From assembly GCA_964436855.1 (NCBI GenBank), contig CAYTED010000007.1, positions 16,779 through 80,778 of the forward strand: a stretch of DNA of 64,000 nucleotides. The letters are read 5' to 3'. Position numbers and translations under genes: made by a program. Positions 27,163-37,022 of the stretch are shown piece by piece (within the stretch, counting starts at the first letter, position 1; each line of letters starts with the position of its first letter). Below the pieces are notes generated by a model. That model saw nothing but the letters and a program-made list of their open reading frames with translations. It was not told where the DNA came from and searched no databases. This DNA comes from an uncultured Bdellovibrionales bacterium (GTDB taxonomy: Bacteria > Patescibacteriota > Minisyncoccia > Moranbacterales > UBA1568).

Positions 27163-29052
27163 TTATGCGGCGGTTCCATCGTCGGATCGACCCATATGCG
27201 TCCCATCTTCATAGGCTACCGCGTACATATCAGCGGTATCGTCATACCAGATAAACGAATACGATCCGTCCCCAACCCGCGAGGTTGTCCCGACGCGTTC
27301 ATCATCGGCAACACGAAAAATATCGATATTTACGGTACCTCCGCCCGAACCGGTAATAGATCCCGAGATACTGAAAGCAATGGAGTGGTATGTCATTAAA
27401 AAATCCAAGTGGTCAAACGTATTTGACGCATTCGCGGAAGCAAGCCTCCACCGACGTGATGTCTCGATATCGAGACGACTTAAAAGCGTATCTCCGGGCC
27501 ATCGGCTAAAAACCGAACGTGCGGTAAAGTACGCTTGTCGAACTCCAACTTCCGGATCGGTTGCCGATATATCGGTATAACAATTTTCCCATTTCAATCC
27601 CCCTTCTCCGGAAAGACGCTCCGTCTGCACGGTAACACCCGATGCGGTTCCCGTGCTTGTTGTCATATAAAAGTACCAACCGCCAATCGCGGTAAAAAAA
27701 TAATTCGTTTCCGGAATAACCGGTGCGGTAGCGGATATCGTTGAGCTGACCGCTGCTGCTGTTGTCGAGAAATTTTTCAAATTCCACCGAACCGTATGAT
27801 TGTGCGCTCCGACACCGTCGGTCGCTTTTCCGGAGGTATAGTTGATAATCCACAAACACGATACATTCAATCCCAGGTTTGTCGCGTCTGTCCGGTACGC
27901 ATCTGCCTGAAGCGTATTCGCTCCCCGGGAAAGTGTTGGCGTGAATGCTTCCATCAATCCCGCCCCACCGCCCATAATCGCGGCACCATCGGTGTATGTT
28001 TGAAAGGCTCCGGTACCAACCCGAAAATTTAATCCGGAAATCGCCGCCGTTTTATCGTAACAAACAAGCACCCCGGACTCCACTCCCGTAACCGTGTCCG
28101 GCTCTTCGATCCAAAGCGTTCGCTCGCCCCGCTGAAAATCCGCCGATGTCGTCCCTCCCATCGGAGAATCAAACTCCATTGGTAAAAGAAGAGAGTTCAG
28201 GATAGTGGTCGATGCGGACGGATCAAACTCGTAGGTTATAACCATATATACCTGCAAGTGCTCCGTAAAAGCCGACGACCCCCAAATATAAAACGAGTGC
28301 GAGGCATTCGTGGTAAAAGTCGGCTGATTCCACAAATAGGTAAACCAACGATCGGTAGCGAGTCCGGATTCGATACCGCCATTTGTATTGACGCCATTTG
28401 TGTCGATTTCCATCGAAATAGTCGGGTCGGTACCGGTGGTATCACTGTTCCCCTGAATGACAATATGCCAATCTCGAATCGTTTTTGATGACTCGGGAAG
28501 CCATGTATCAAGTGCCGGAATCGTCGCTATGGCCGTCCCCGGCTTCGTGGTCGCAAGCGCTCCGGACGGCGTATCAAGCGGCAAATAAACCGTCTTTATC
28601 TGTGTTGCCTGCGTATCGTCGTATTCATAGGTGATATACAGTCGTGCCGTAAGATCGCGCATCCCAAGCGTGGTACCGGTCGACTGATCCCAGTATGCCT
28701 GAATATCACAGGTCATATTTGTGCCAGACCAATTTGTAGAGAAGTGGGAAGTAAAATCAGCGGATACTTGATGTGAAACGTTCTCGCCGGAGTTTGCAAT
28801 ATCGTTCAGATTCGTATTCGTGGTATAGCCGGAAGCCCCAAGCTGCACCCCTATGCGCCATTCGGTAACCGTACCTCCGGTGTTCGTAATAATGTCGTTT
28901 GCCGTCATTACGCACAGAACACTCCGAAATGTAACCGTCCCACTCCCCTCCGGAATATATACCGTGAATTGGGTAAAGTTTGCCACCACTGCATCCGATG
29001 TCGAAGAAAGTGTCGGCGCTGAAAATTCGATAGTTTTGAGACGAGTAGCCAT
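27163..29052 (-). CDS. Large T/S/N/G-rich beta-type hypothetical protein (629 aa), no signal peptide
   Basis: Starts MATRLKTIEFSAPTLS with no N-terminal hydrophobic segment; paralog of 29814..31736 (shared blocks YITYEYDD(T/S)Q(A/T)TQIKTVY(L/I)PL, TIPALDT(W/E)LPE(S/T)SKT, ends RSD(D/N)GTA). Confidence 0.6.
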   Translation of the reverse strand: MATRLKTIEFSAPTLSSTSDAVVANFTQFTVYIPEGSGTVTFRSVLCVMTANDIITNTGGTVTEWRIGVQLGASGYTTNTNLNDIANSGENVSHQVSADFTSHFSTNWSGTNMTCDIQAYWDQSTGTTLGMRDLTARLYITYEYDDTQATQIKTVYLPLDTPSGALATTKPGTAIATIPALDTWLPESSKTIRDWHIVIQGNSDTTGTDPTISMEIDTNGVNTNGGIESGLATDRWFTYLWNQPTFTTNASHSFYIWGSSAFTEHLQVYMVITYEFDPSASTTILNSLLLPMEFDSPMGGTTSADFQRGERTLWIEEPDTVTGVESGVLVCYDKTAAISGLNFRVGTGAFQTYTDGAAIMGGGAGLMEAFTPTLSRGANTLQADAYRTDATNLGLNVSCLWIINYTSGKATDGVGAHNHTVRWNLKNFSTTAAAVSSTISATAPVIPETNYFFTAIGGWYFYMTTSTGTASGVTVQTERLSGEGGLKWENCYTDISATDPEVGVRQAYFTARSVFSRWPGDTLLSRLDIETSRRWRLASANASNTFDHLDFLMTYHSIAFSISGSITGSGGGTVNIDIFRVADDERVGTTSRVGDGSYSFIWYDDTADMYAVAYEDGTHMGRSDDGTAA

Positions 29053-29126
29053 TTATCGAATTATTAGTTAGAAAAGTATTCTCATTCTACCATAAAAAAC
29101 CGGGATATCTCCGGAAAATTTTTGTC

Positions 29127-29798
29127 TTATTTTTCTCCAACAATAACGAGAAGATCGGTTGACGGTATTTTTTCTCCTAAAGGAATCGTTTCTTCAAATA
29201 TTCCGTTCAGTCTTTCGGCCAAACGTTCTGAAATTTCACTCTGAAAATACGACGGATTGAAAATAAAAATCCCCCGGTAATCGGAATAATTGGCGTTTTC
29301 TCGAGCATTAATGGAGAGAAGAGGGAATTCTTCCTTTAAAATTCGTTCCACGTCCGCTACCCGTTCGGTATCGTGTGTCGCGATATACAACGAAAGCGTC
29401 AATGGGACCGTTGCGGCGGATTCATCATTCATTCCGGATAAAATTTCCGAATCGATACCCCCTCCCGACGGAAACGACGCGCTTTCGATAATTTTTCCGG
29501 TTTTCGGACGGAACAACAAAACCCACTTGTTCAATCGATACACCACCAATTGATCGCCATTGTCAACGCGATGAGGAAAAATTCTCGGATCAAGTTTTTT
29601 CACATCTTCAATCGTGAGCAAAATCGGCTCCTCATTTTTCGGAAGATCAACCAAGGCTCCGACAGACTCCTTGAATCGATCCGTTTCCTTGAGCTCGCCC
29701 CGTCGGTCGCGTTCCCATACTCGAAGTCCAAAAAAAACACTCCCTCCAATACAGGACAAAAGAATCGAAAAATAAAATATTTTTTGCCAGTACCTCAT
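29127..29798 (-). CDS. Membrane-anchored LytR_C-domain protein (paralog)
   Basis: C-terminal LTLSLYIATHDTERVADVERIL...STDLLVIVGEK. Confidence 0.6.
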   Translation of the reverse strand: MRYWQKIFYFSILLSCIGGSVFFGLRVWERDRRGELKETDRFKESVGALVDLPKNEEPILLTIEDVKKLDPRIFPHRVDNGDQLVVYRLNKWVLLFRPKTGKIIESASFPSGGGIDSEILSGMNDESAATVPLTLSLYIATHDTERVADVERILKEEFPLLSINARENANYSDYRGIFIFNPSYFQSEISERLAERLNGIFEETIPLGEKIPSTDLLVIVGEK

Positions 29799-29813
29799 GA
29801 AATACCGCTTCGC

Positions 29814-31736
29814 TTACGATGCCGTGCCATTGTCGGAACGCCCAATGAGTGTTGAACTCTCTCTCGCTTCCGTAAAGAGCGTTTCCGTATTATCGTACCA
29901 CGTAATGGAGTAACTCCCGTTTCCGGTACGAGAGGTTGTCGCCGCAAGCTCTTTATTGCTTGTACGCCACAAACTGATAGATACCGTCCCGCCGGATGAA
30001 CCGGTAATCTCACCCGAAACGGTGTACACAATGGAGTGGTAGGTCAACCAAAGATCCATATATATGAATCCCGTTCCGGCATTGGTATATGTCCACCACC
30101 AACGTCGCGTTCCTTCGGGATCAAGTGATCTCATAGGGTCGTTTGGGTACCTCTGAATATCATCGCGAACACCGGCAAAATGCTGATGCAACCCTTTTTC
30201 CGCGTCAGTATGTCCATTAATCGTATCAACCGTCAGCCATTCGCCTGCCGAATCGGTTTTTTCCATCATTAAAACAGCGCCGCCGAATGTTGTCGTGGTG
30301 TTTGTTACATGAGCGACATGGCATCCGAAACCGCTCAAGTAGTAGTCGGTGTCCGGAATACTGACCGCAAAGGCGGCTGTTTTTCGATTCGTCGCCGTCG
30401 CGCCATCAAATGTAAATCCGGCATTCCACTTGACCGTATGATTGGCGGCACCATATCCTTGTGTTGGCTTATCGGCGGTATAGTTCACAATCCAAAAACC
30501 AGAAATACCGGGACCGAAATCGGCCGTATCCGAACGATAGAAATCGGCCGTAAGATTGTTTTGACCACGATCAAGAGTAAAGGCGGAATCATTCCGAACC
30601 ATACAACCATTACCGCCGCAGAGAACGGCCGCCGCATCGGTATACGATACGAACGACCCTGTTCCCACGCGAAAATTCAATGTAGAAATAGCCGCAGCCT
30701 GTTCCCATACCGGGAAGAACGCTATCTGTTTGGTAGTAATGGTTCCCGGCTCTTCAATCCATAAGATCCGGCTTACTCGATCAAAATCCGTCGAAGCGGT
30801 ACCTCCCAATATGGATGCCTGCGAAACCATAAGCGTCGAGACAAAAACCCCGCTCGAAGCCGAAGCGTCAAACTCATATGTGACCACCATATACACCTGT
30901 TGGTGATTATGACGTGCCACGGATGCCCAAATATAAAATCCGTGTGTCGCGTTTGTTGTCATTCCAAGTCCCGCCGAAGATCCGCCCGAATCATAGTAAC
31001 GTGTCGTCCATACGAATTTTGCCCAATAATCCGATGTCGCGCCCATCTCAAGAGTCTGGCTCGTGTAAGCTGTGAGAGTATCAATCTGCATTGAAAGCGT
31101 GGAGTCAACCGTGGAAGCGGTATTGTTCACGTTACCCTGACAGACGATATACATACTTCGATACGTCTTCGACGTCTCGGGGAGCTCGGTATCGAGCGCG
31201 GGGATAGTATCGGTTGCCGTCCCCGGCTTCGCTGTTGCCAGTGTTCCAACCGGCGCATTGAGCGGGATGTAAACAGTTTTGATTTGCGTTGTCTGACTAT
31301 CGTCGTATTCGTAGGTAATGTATACCGTCGCCCCGACATTGTTCATAATAATACCCGATGCCGAAGCGTGGTCGACCAAAACAGAAACAGCGACCGTCTT
31401 GCTCGTGCCGGTTGTCCAGTTGGTCGTGAAGTGTGTCGTTGCATCCGCCGCATAAAAAAGCATTGTTTGTTCACCGGAGTTCGTTTCGAGGTTGGCATTG
31501 GTATACGATGTCGCCGTGGCACCACCCACCGACACATCGATACGCCGCGACGTATAGTTTCCAAGCGTCGTTGAGGCATCATTTACCTGAAGTTCCACGA
31601 CCGCTTTCTTGATCGTTACCGTTCCTGAAAATTCGGGAATATACGCGGTAATCACCGTCATCGCCGTAAGCGTATTGTCCGCAAGCGTATTGAGCTGCGG
31701 AATACCGTATTGAATGGTTTTCAGTCTTGTCGCCAT
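29814..31736 (-). CDS. Large T/S/N/G-rich beta-type hypothetical protein (640 aa), paralog, no signal peptide
   Basis: MATRLKTIQYGIPQLNT...; see 27163..29052. Confidence 0.6.
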   Translation of the reverse strand: MATRLKTIQYGIPQLNTLADNTLTAMTVITAYIPEFSGTVTIKKAVVELQVNDASTTLGNYTSRRIDVSVGGATATSYTNANLETNSGEQTMLFYAADATTHFTTNWTTGTSKTVAVSVLVDHASASGIIMNNVGATVYITYEYDDSQTTQIKTVYIPLNAPVGTLATAKPGTATDTIPALDTELPETSKTYRSMYIVCQGNVNNTASTVDSTLSMQIDTLTAYTSQTLEMGATSDYWAKFVWTTRYYDSGGSSAGLGMTTNATHGFYIWASVARHNHQQVYMVVTYEFDASASSGVFVSTLMVSQASILGGTASTDFDRVSRILWIEEPGTITTKQIAFFPVWEQAAAISTLNFRVGTGSFVSYTDAAAVLCGGNGCMVRNDSAFTLDRGQNNLTADFYRSDTADFGPGISGFWIVNYTADKPTQGYGAANHTVKWNAGFTFDGATATNRKTAAFAVSIPDTDYYLSGFGCHVAHVTNTTTTFGGAVLMMEKTDSAGEWLTVDTINGHTDAEKGLHQHFAGVRDDIQRYPNDPMRSLDPEGTRRWWWTYTNAGTGFIYMDLWLTYHSIVYTVSGEITGSSGGTVSISLWRTSNKELAATTSRTGNGSYSITWYDNTETLFTEARESSTLIGRSDNGTAS

Positions 31737-31821
31737 ACAATTATCTTATCCGACAAAAAGAGAACAGATCCCTGCCCTCTATGACAATACCTTGATCCAT
31801 GCCGGAATGTCGAAGGAAAAA

Positions 31822-32523
31822 TTATGTAAAATTATCGAGCTTCGCGAGAAGATCCCACTTATTATCGGTCGCGTTGTAGATAAATCCGAGATACATCGTT
31901 TTTGACACCACTGTCGTCGTCGGAAGCGCAAGGTCCGAACTCGCTCGATACCCACCCGTACCACTATTAAAAGCGAGTGTTTGCGCCGACGCATTGTCTT
32001 TGATTCGAATAATGAGTTGTTGCCCATGGGTCGGTGTCCCCGTTGGCGCACCAAAAGTCGCTCCGGCGGCGAGCGCAGTCAGAATATACACGTCCGTTGT
32101 ATCCACGTCGGGCGTTGGCGTAGCGGAAGATGTCGTCGATGTTACTCGCTTCGGCGCCTTTTTGGAAAATTTATATGAAAGACAAATCCAATTTCCACTC
32201 CCGAGCGAGAGGAATTCCGCCGTATCGTCCGCTACAGTCAAAATATCTTTGCCGCCGGGAAGAATGAGCGAGGTTCCGTTATAGGTCAGAGTGAGTGCTG
32301 CTGCAAAACGAACATTGCGCCGAATACCAGCCGAAACATTATCAAATGCGGTAATCGTCGTTGAACCGGTAATCCGAACACTATTTGATAGGGCTGCCCC
32401 GATATTGGTTGTTGTGCCGGATGCCACATCTACGCTCGCCGCCATATTGAGCGGAATAGAATCGAGCCGAACACTATTTTTTGATATACGGATTGGCATA
32501 ATCTCAAAACCCTTCCTTATCAA
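31822..32523 (-). CDS. Hypothetical T/S-rich protein (233 aa), no signal peptide
   Basis: Intact ORF immediately upstream of the large paralog pair; composition similar to them. Confidence 0.45.
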   Translation of the reverse strand: MIRKGFEIMPIRISKNSVRLDSIPLNMAASVDVASGTTTNIGAALSNSVRITGSTTITAFDNVSAGIRRNVRFAAALTLTYNGTSLILPGGKDILTVADDTAEFLSLGSGNWICLSYKFSKKAPKRVTSTTSSATPTPDVDTTDVYILTALAAGATFGAPTGTPTHGQQLIIRIKDNASAQTLAFNSGTGGYRASSDLALPTTTVVSKTMYLGFIYNATDNKWDLLAKLDNFT

Positions 32524-32983
32524 TAACTAAAAGTTCCCCGCCCTCATCATCCGTTACCCGCAATTGCTTTCCGGTTTCGGTAATCTTGAAATTTTCGAAA
32601 GTTTTCTCGGAAAGAACTGTTTCTCCGCGGAACATGTTCATAAGTGGGTTGAGGTATTTTCCTAAAAGAAACACTGCTCCACCGAAAACCGCATATTTGA
32701 GAAACGCTCGCCGACGGGCATTGAGAGGAAGTATCGCGTTTTTTCCTTGTACTGCTTTTTCGAGGCTTTCCTCAACGTCAAGCGCAGCTTTCCGCGAACT
32801 TCCAAAAAATCTTTTTATCCTCCGACAAAAAAAAGAAAACACTCTCCCTGATTCCTTACGTGTGTCAGAGAAGAATCTTTTTGATGATCGAACGGCTTCC
32901 TTTTCGATCAAAACGACTTTACCCTTGGTTATTTTCATTCCTTTTTGTTTCTTCACTCGCAATATCTTTGAGCTCCTCCTCAA
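32504..32983 (-). CDS. Hypothetical membrane protein
   Basis: One TM helix (YAVFGGAVFLLGKYL). ORF start overlaps the tatA 3' end, so the true start is probably an internal Met (about 32938). Confidence 0.35.
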   Translation of the reverse strand: MRRSSKILRVKKQKGMKITKGKVVLIEKEAVRSSKRFFSDTRKESGRVFSFFCRRIKRFFGSSRKAALDVEESLEKAVQGKNAILPLNARRRAFLKYAVFGGAVFLLGKYLNPLMNMFRGETVLSEKTFENFKITETGKQLRVTDDEGGELLVIDKEGF

Positions 32984-33122
32984 CCTCGCGTTTTCCTTTC
33001 TTAAATTCCCCCGTTACACGACCCAGTGAACGCGAAAACTCGACGATTTTTCCACTTCCGAAAAAAAGTACTGCCGCCACGAGAAGAATCACGATAACTT
33101 CCGGCAACCCAAGTCCAAACAT
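32919..33122 (-). CDS. tatA: Twin-arginine translocase subunit TatA/E
   Basis: 67 aa; MFGLGLPEVIVILLVAAVLFFGSGKIVEFSRSLG matches the TatA N-terminal TM plus amphipathic helix. Confidence 0.8.
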   Translation of the reverse strand: MFGLGLPEVIVILLVAAVLFFGSGKIVEFSRSLGRVTGEFKKGKREVEEELKDIASEETKRNENNQG

Positions 33123-33213
33123 ATGATTTCCATTAATGGTTCTCCGAGATTATATCACAAAAAAACGCACTGACAAAAATCAGCGCGCGTGGTTTATTGT
33201 ATGATTTGTCGTC

Positions 33214-34056
33214 TTACTGCTTCGGATTTTCTTCAACTACGGTCTCTTCTTCGGATGGTGATGCTTCTTGGTTGATAGTATCGTCTTTATTTGATGTCAT
33301 ATCCTCCCCTGCCGGAGGCGTATTTTCCGAAACCGTCCCTTCTGATTTATTTGTTGGCACATCGGTCGGCATACTCATATCAATCGCCAAGAAATCAGAA
33401 ACCGCCTGCACGACCATTTTATTAATCTCCTCTTTTGAAATAATCTGCGAGAGCGCCGGCGCCGGGATAGGACTTGGAGTGGATGCTCTTGTCGGCGAGA
33501 TCTCTTTCGGTTCGATTGTTTTTTTCGGAATCGCTTTTACATCCGATCCGACAAGCGAGGCGTACTGCCCATCAACCGATTTCTCCCTGTCTTTTTTTGT
33601 AAGCGATGCCTGTACTTCCGACAAATATACCACCTCCCGACCGATAACCTGCTCCGCCTGCTCGACGATATAGGTTCCGAGATCTCGTTTTCCAAGAAGC
33701 GTCTTCGGAATTTCCATTTTTGCCGTTTTGCGAATTTCTCTCCATGCATCGTCTAAAACTTCGAATGTTTGGTATGAATAAGCCACAAAATACGCTTCCT
33801 TATTCTCCGTTATCGAATCAATACGCATTTTAAGATCGTATGCTCCAAAATTTTTTCCCGCGATTTGAGAAACATCAGTTTTTTTTGGCAATACATCTGT
33901 TGGCTCGGTTTCACCGGGGGTAAAGACTGCTTCCCGTAACTTCGGACTCGACGCAAATGCTGCTCCGGCGCTCAAAATAATCACAAAGAGAAGAAATGGA
34001 ACGGCATTATTGTATTTGAGAAAATCGAGAAATACTTTCATATGTTTTCGCTTCAT
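33214..34056 (-). CDS. Hypothetical membrane-anchored protein with Pro/Ser/Thr/Glu-rich C-terminus
   Basis: N-terminal signal anchor; no recognised domain. Confidence 0.45.
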   Translation of the reverse strand: MKRKHMKVFLDFLKYNNAVPFLLFVIILSAGAAFASSPKLREAVFTPGETEPTDVLPKKTDVSQIAGKNFGAYDLKMRIDSITENKEAYFVAYSYQTFEVLDDAWREIRKTAKMEIPKTLLGKRDLGTYIVEQAEQVIGREVVYLSEVQASLTKKDREKSVDGQYASLVGSDVKAIPKKTIEPKEISPTRASTPSPIPAPALSQIISKEEINKMVVQAVSDFLAIDMSMPTDVPTNKSEGTVSENTPPAGEDMTSNKDDTINQEASPSEEETVVEENPKQ

Positions 34057-34076
34057 TGATTTTTATTATACCACAA

Positions 34077-34850
34077 TTACGAACGCTTTAACCTCCATCC
34101 GGCCGCACTAATACCAATCACGTAGAGACCAAAGAGCGGCAAGGCAAGAAATGCCATTGTTATTCCACTTCCATCCGGCGTAACAATCGCGGAAAAAAGA
34201 ACAATCACAAATACAGCTCCGCGAAAATGCCGTTTCCAAAATTCGGGAGGGATAACTCCGGAACACGACAATGCAGCCATTCCAATCGGAAGGAGAAACG
34301 CAAGCCCCACCGAAATTGTCAGGAAAAACACGGATGATACGAAGTCGTCGAGTGCAAAAAAAGGCGCGACTCCGATCGGGTCGGAGAAGGAATAGAGAAG
34401 CGCAAACGTTTGTGGAATGATGATAAAAAATCCGACGGCACAACCACAGTAAAAAAGAAATACTGATGGAAAAAGGAAGCGAAAAAAAGTTTTTCGTTCC
34501 GTCTCTTTCAAAGCCGGGCGAAGATACTGAAAAAAAAGAAGGAGTCCAACCGGAAAAACAACAAGGATGGCAGTGAGAAATGCCATCATAATCGGTGCGA
34601 GAAATGACGAAACCGGTCCGAGTGCAACGACCGAAATACCTTCGGGAAGCAAGGTTTCTCTTGTAAAAAGAAAAAGATTTGTAGCAAAGCTCACCGAAGA
34701 AAACGATACGAAAGGAACCGTAATATTTCCAATTGTTCTTTCACTCGGACCAAGAAAAAAGAGTCCAAAAAAAACCAAAAAAAGAACGATTGTCCCTCGA
34801 ATGACTAATCGTTTGAAAGCACTCAATTCACTTGCAAGATACTCTCGCAT
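34077..34850 (-). CDS. tatC: Twin-arginine translocase subunit TatC
   Basis: 257 aa, 6 TM; SAIVTPDGSGITMAFLALPLFGLY is the characteristic TatC C-terminal region. Confidence 0.8.
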   Translation of the reverse strand: MREYLASELSAFKRLVIRGTIVLFLVFFGLFFLGPSERTIGNITVPFVSFSSVSFATNLFLFTRETLLPEGISVVALGPVSSFLAPIMMAFLTAILVVFPVGLLLFFQYLRPALKETERKTFFRFLFPSVFLFYCGCAVGFFIIIPQTFALLYSFSDPIGVAPFFALDDFVSSVFFLTISVGLAFLLPIGMAALSCSGVIPPEFWKRHFRGAVFVIVLFSAIVTPDGSGITMAFLALPLFGLYVIGISAAGWRLKRS

Positions 34851-34852
34851 AA

Positions 34853-36778
34853 TTACAACTCATCAAATACAAGCATTGCATTGTTATCGTTATCGTAGAC
34901 ACCAAGCTCGGTTGCGGAATCATTTTTCAAATATACGCCATTGCCAAACTTGAGAACGTTTTCGATAAAAATATTCCCATCTCCCGTCAGCGTGAGCGCG
35001 GGGCATGCATCATTATCGCAAACCCAGAGATTCTCGGAAAGTGCCCGGATATCCGATCCGGTTGCCGCAATTTGCAGATCTCCAACCGAATCAACGGTCA
35101 TTTCGCTATAATTCGTAAGATCCTTGGAAAGTCGCACTTGCGGAGCACTCGCGGCCTGTACCACTTCAAGCACGCGTGCCGGTGAAGCAGTTCCGATACC
35201 GACATTCCCCGTACCATCAATCACAAACGGTGTTGTATCACTCACTGCGTCATCCACCCGAACCGCAAGATTATTGGTTCCGGTCGCGCGATGATCTACG
35301 AAAAGCGAGGTATTTGCATTGAGCGCGCCGATATTGGAAACCGAGAGAACATTTCCGGTATTTGAAGCGCTCGAACCACTCAAGGAAATTCCCGCCAAAT
35401 TTCCGGTAAATGTGGTTGAACTCGAAGCGACAGTCAGCCCAGATCCAGATGTCAGTCCATTGGTTGTTATCGCAAGACCCGTTTCGCCATCGATTGAATT
35501 CGCTGTAAGATTCGCACCGTTTGCCGCATTCGAACTCTGCACGAGATCAAGTACCGCGATCGCTGCCGTTGTATTGTCTTGACTCACTTGAAGCGTAAAC
35601 GCCGAAAGATCGTTTCCCCCAGACGATGGGTTCTTGATAACAAGACCATCATCCGCGGCCGTCAGTGAAATCGTCGCATTTCCTCCATCGGCATCATTCC
35701 CATACGTCGTTTGAAGATCGCTTGATCCGCCCGTCCCGCAACCGGCATTGGTTTCATTACAGAGTGTTTTTGTTGTTCCTCCTTCATTGATTTTAAATTT
35801 TCCAGCCGCGGAGTCATACCAGATATCTCCCGCGGCCGCGCCGGTCGTTCCGGAAACGATCACAGAAAGAAAGTCTCCGGTTGCAACGGATACCCGGCCG
35901 GAAGCAGAATCAAGAGTAAGTCCGGATGATCCTCCGGATGAAAGCGTTACCGCGCCTGCGCCGGTATAGCTTTGACCCGCGGCGATAGAAACACCGCCCG
36001 TATCGACCGTAATCGAATCAGCGGTAAGCGCATCTTGCACATCGACAATTCCGGATCCATTCGCGAGTAAAACCAGCGATTCATTGGTTCCGGTCGTGAT
36101 ATCGGTCGTTGCACCGGTAAATGTCAGTCCTGTTGAACCAATGATTTTATTTGTCAGCGTCTGTCCCGTCGTCAGGTCAGCAAGCGTTATCGTCCCCGAT
36201 GGAAGGGTCGCGACCGTCGTCGCTGTCGAAGTTAAGGTGAGAGGAAATGCTCCGGATGTCGTAAAAGCATCTGCGAAAGAAACTGTTTTGCCGTTCGCGA
36301 TCGTCAATGTTCCGGTCGTATCCGTTACGGAAAGCCCGTGAACCTTGTCGGCATTGAATGCATACGGAACGGCGGTAAAGCGAACGCGCGGCGACATTTC
36401 GCCATCGCTATTAAATTCGATACCGAGGTAAATATTGTCGGTATTGAAATCAACCGATCCGGGAAGTGCCGTATGCGTTCCGAGTGCCACTTGAAACACG
36501 CCATCGGTAACCGTCACCTGTGTCGTGCCACTATTCCACGTTTCCGTCCAAATCGCTGCGCCACCGGATGAGACGGAATAAAGCTTGAAAACAAAGTCGT
36601 AACTTCCGTTCGACACATTCGTTCCGTCCGAATTCACGACTTTTCCCTGAAAGTTGATTTGTTTGTTGATGCCGGTCGCAGCAAATACGGTTCCCGAAAA
36701 AGCAAAAATTCCCCCGAAAAGAGCAAGGGTGATAATCGAAGAAAGGGTGATATTTTTGATATTTCGGATCTGCCGCAT
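34853..36778 (-). CDS. Large secreted cell-surface protein (641 aa) with N-terminal INFQGK beta-rich module
   Basis: Signal peptide ITLALFGGIFAFSGTVFA; INFQGKVVNSDGTNVSNGSYDFVFKLYS...SPRVRFTAVPYAF recalls a module recurrent in giant extracellular proteins; G/T/S-rich remainder. Confidence 0.65.
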   Translation of the reverse strand: MRQIRNIKNITLSSIITLALFGGIFAFSGTVFAATGINKQINFQGKVVNSDGTNVSNGSYDFVFKLYSVSSGGAAIWTETWNSGTTQVTVTDGVFQVALGTHTALPGSVDFNTDNIYLGIEFNSDGEMSPRVRFTAVPYAFNADKVHGLSVTDTTGTLTIANGKTVSFADAFTTSGAFPLTLTSTATTVATLPSGTITLADLTTGQTLTNKIIGSTGLTFTGATTDITTGTNESLVLLANGSGIVDVQDALTADSITVDTGGVSIAAGQSYTGAGAVTLSSGGSSGLTLDSASGRVSVATGDFLSVIVSGTTGAAAGDIWYDSAAGKFKINEGGTTKTLCNETNAGCGTGGSSDLQTTYGNDADGGNATISLTAADDGLVIKNPSSGGNDLSAFTLQVSQDNTTAAIAVLDLVQSSNAANGANLTANSIDGETGLAITTNGLTSGSGLTVASSSTTFTGNLAGISLSGSSASNTGNVLSVSNIGALNANTSLFVDHRATGTNNLAVRVDDAVSDTTPFVIDGTGNVGIGTASPARVLEVVQAASAPQVRLSKDLTNYSEMTVDSVGDLQIAATGSDIRALSENLWVCDNDACPALTLTGDGNIFIENVLKFGNGVYLKNDSATELGVYDNDNNAMLVFDEL

Positions 36779-36818
36779 ATGCGGTTTTTTCTGTTTTTTG
36801 TTTCAAGCCTTCGGCTCA

Positions 36819-36853
36819 AAGAAAAAGCGGGTGCACATGCACCCGCTCTTTTA
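36819..36853. terminator. Bidirectional terminator-like palindrome
   Basis: aaagaaaaa-gcgggtgca-ca-tgcacccgc-tcttttatt. Confidence 0.45.
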
Positions 36854-37022
36854 TTAAGAACATATCCATTATAGCTTAAAATAAGCCTAAAGTCAAACCC
36901 TTCCATCATTTGACACCTTCTTTTTTACACACCTTTCTCAGACACAAAAGGAAAAGAAGTGTTCTATTTTCTTTTGCCTGTTTGAAGCCTCTTTGCAAGG
37001 GCTGTTCGAAAAATTCTCTGTT

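Noticed and set aside
36772-36800. Plus-strand terminator-like hairpin ccgcatatgcgg plus T-tract
   Set aside because: No plus-strand gene ends upstream. The palindrome contains the ATG of the minus-strand surface-protein gene, so it is reported instead as a possible translational-control hairpin.
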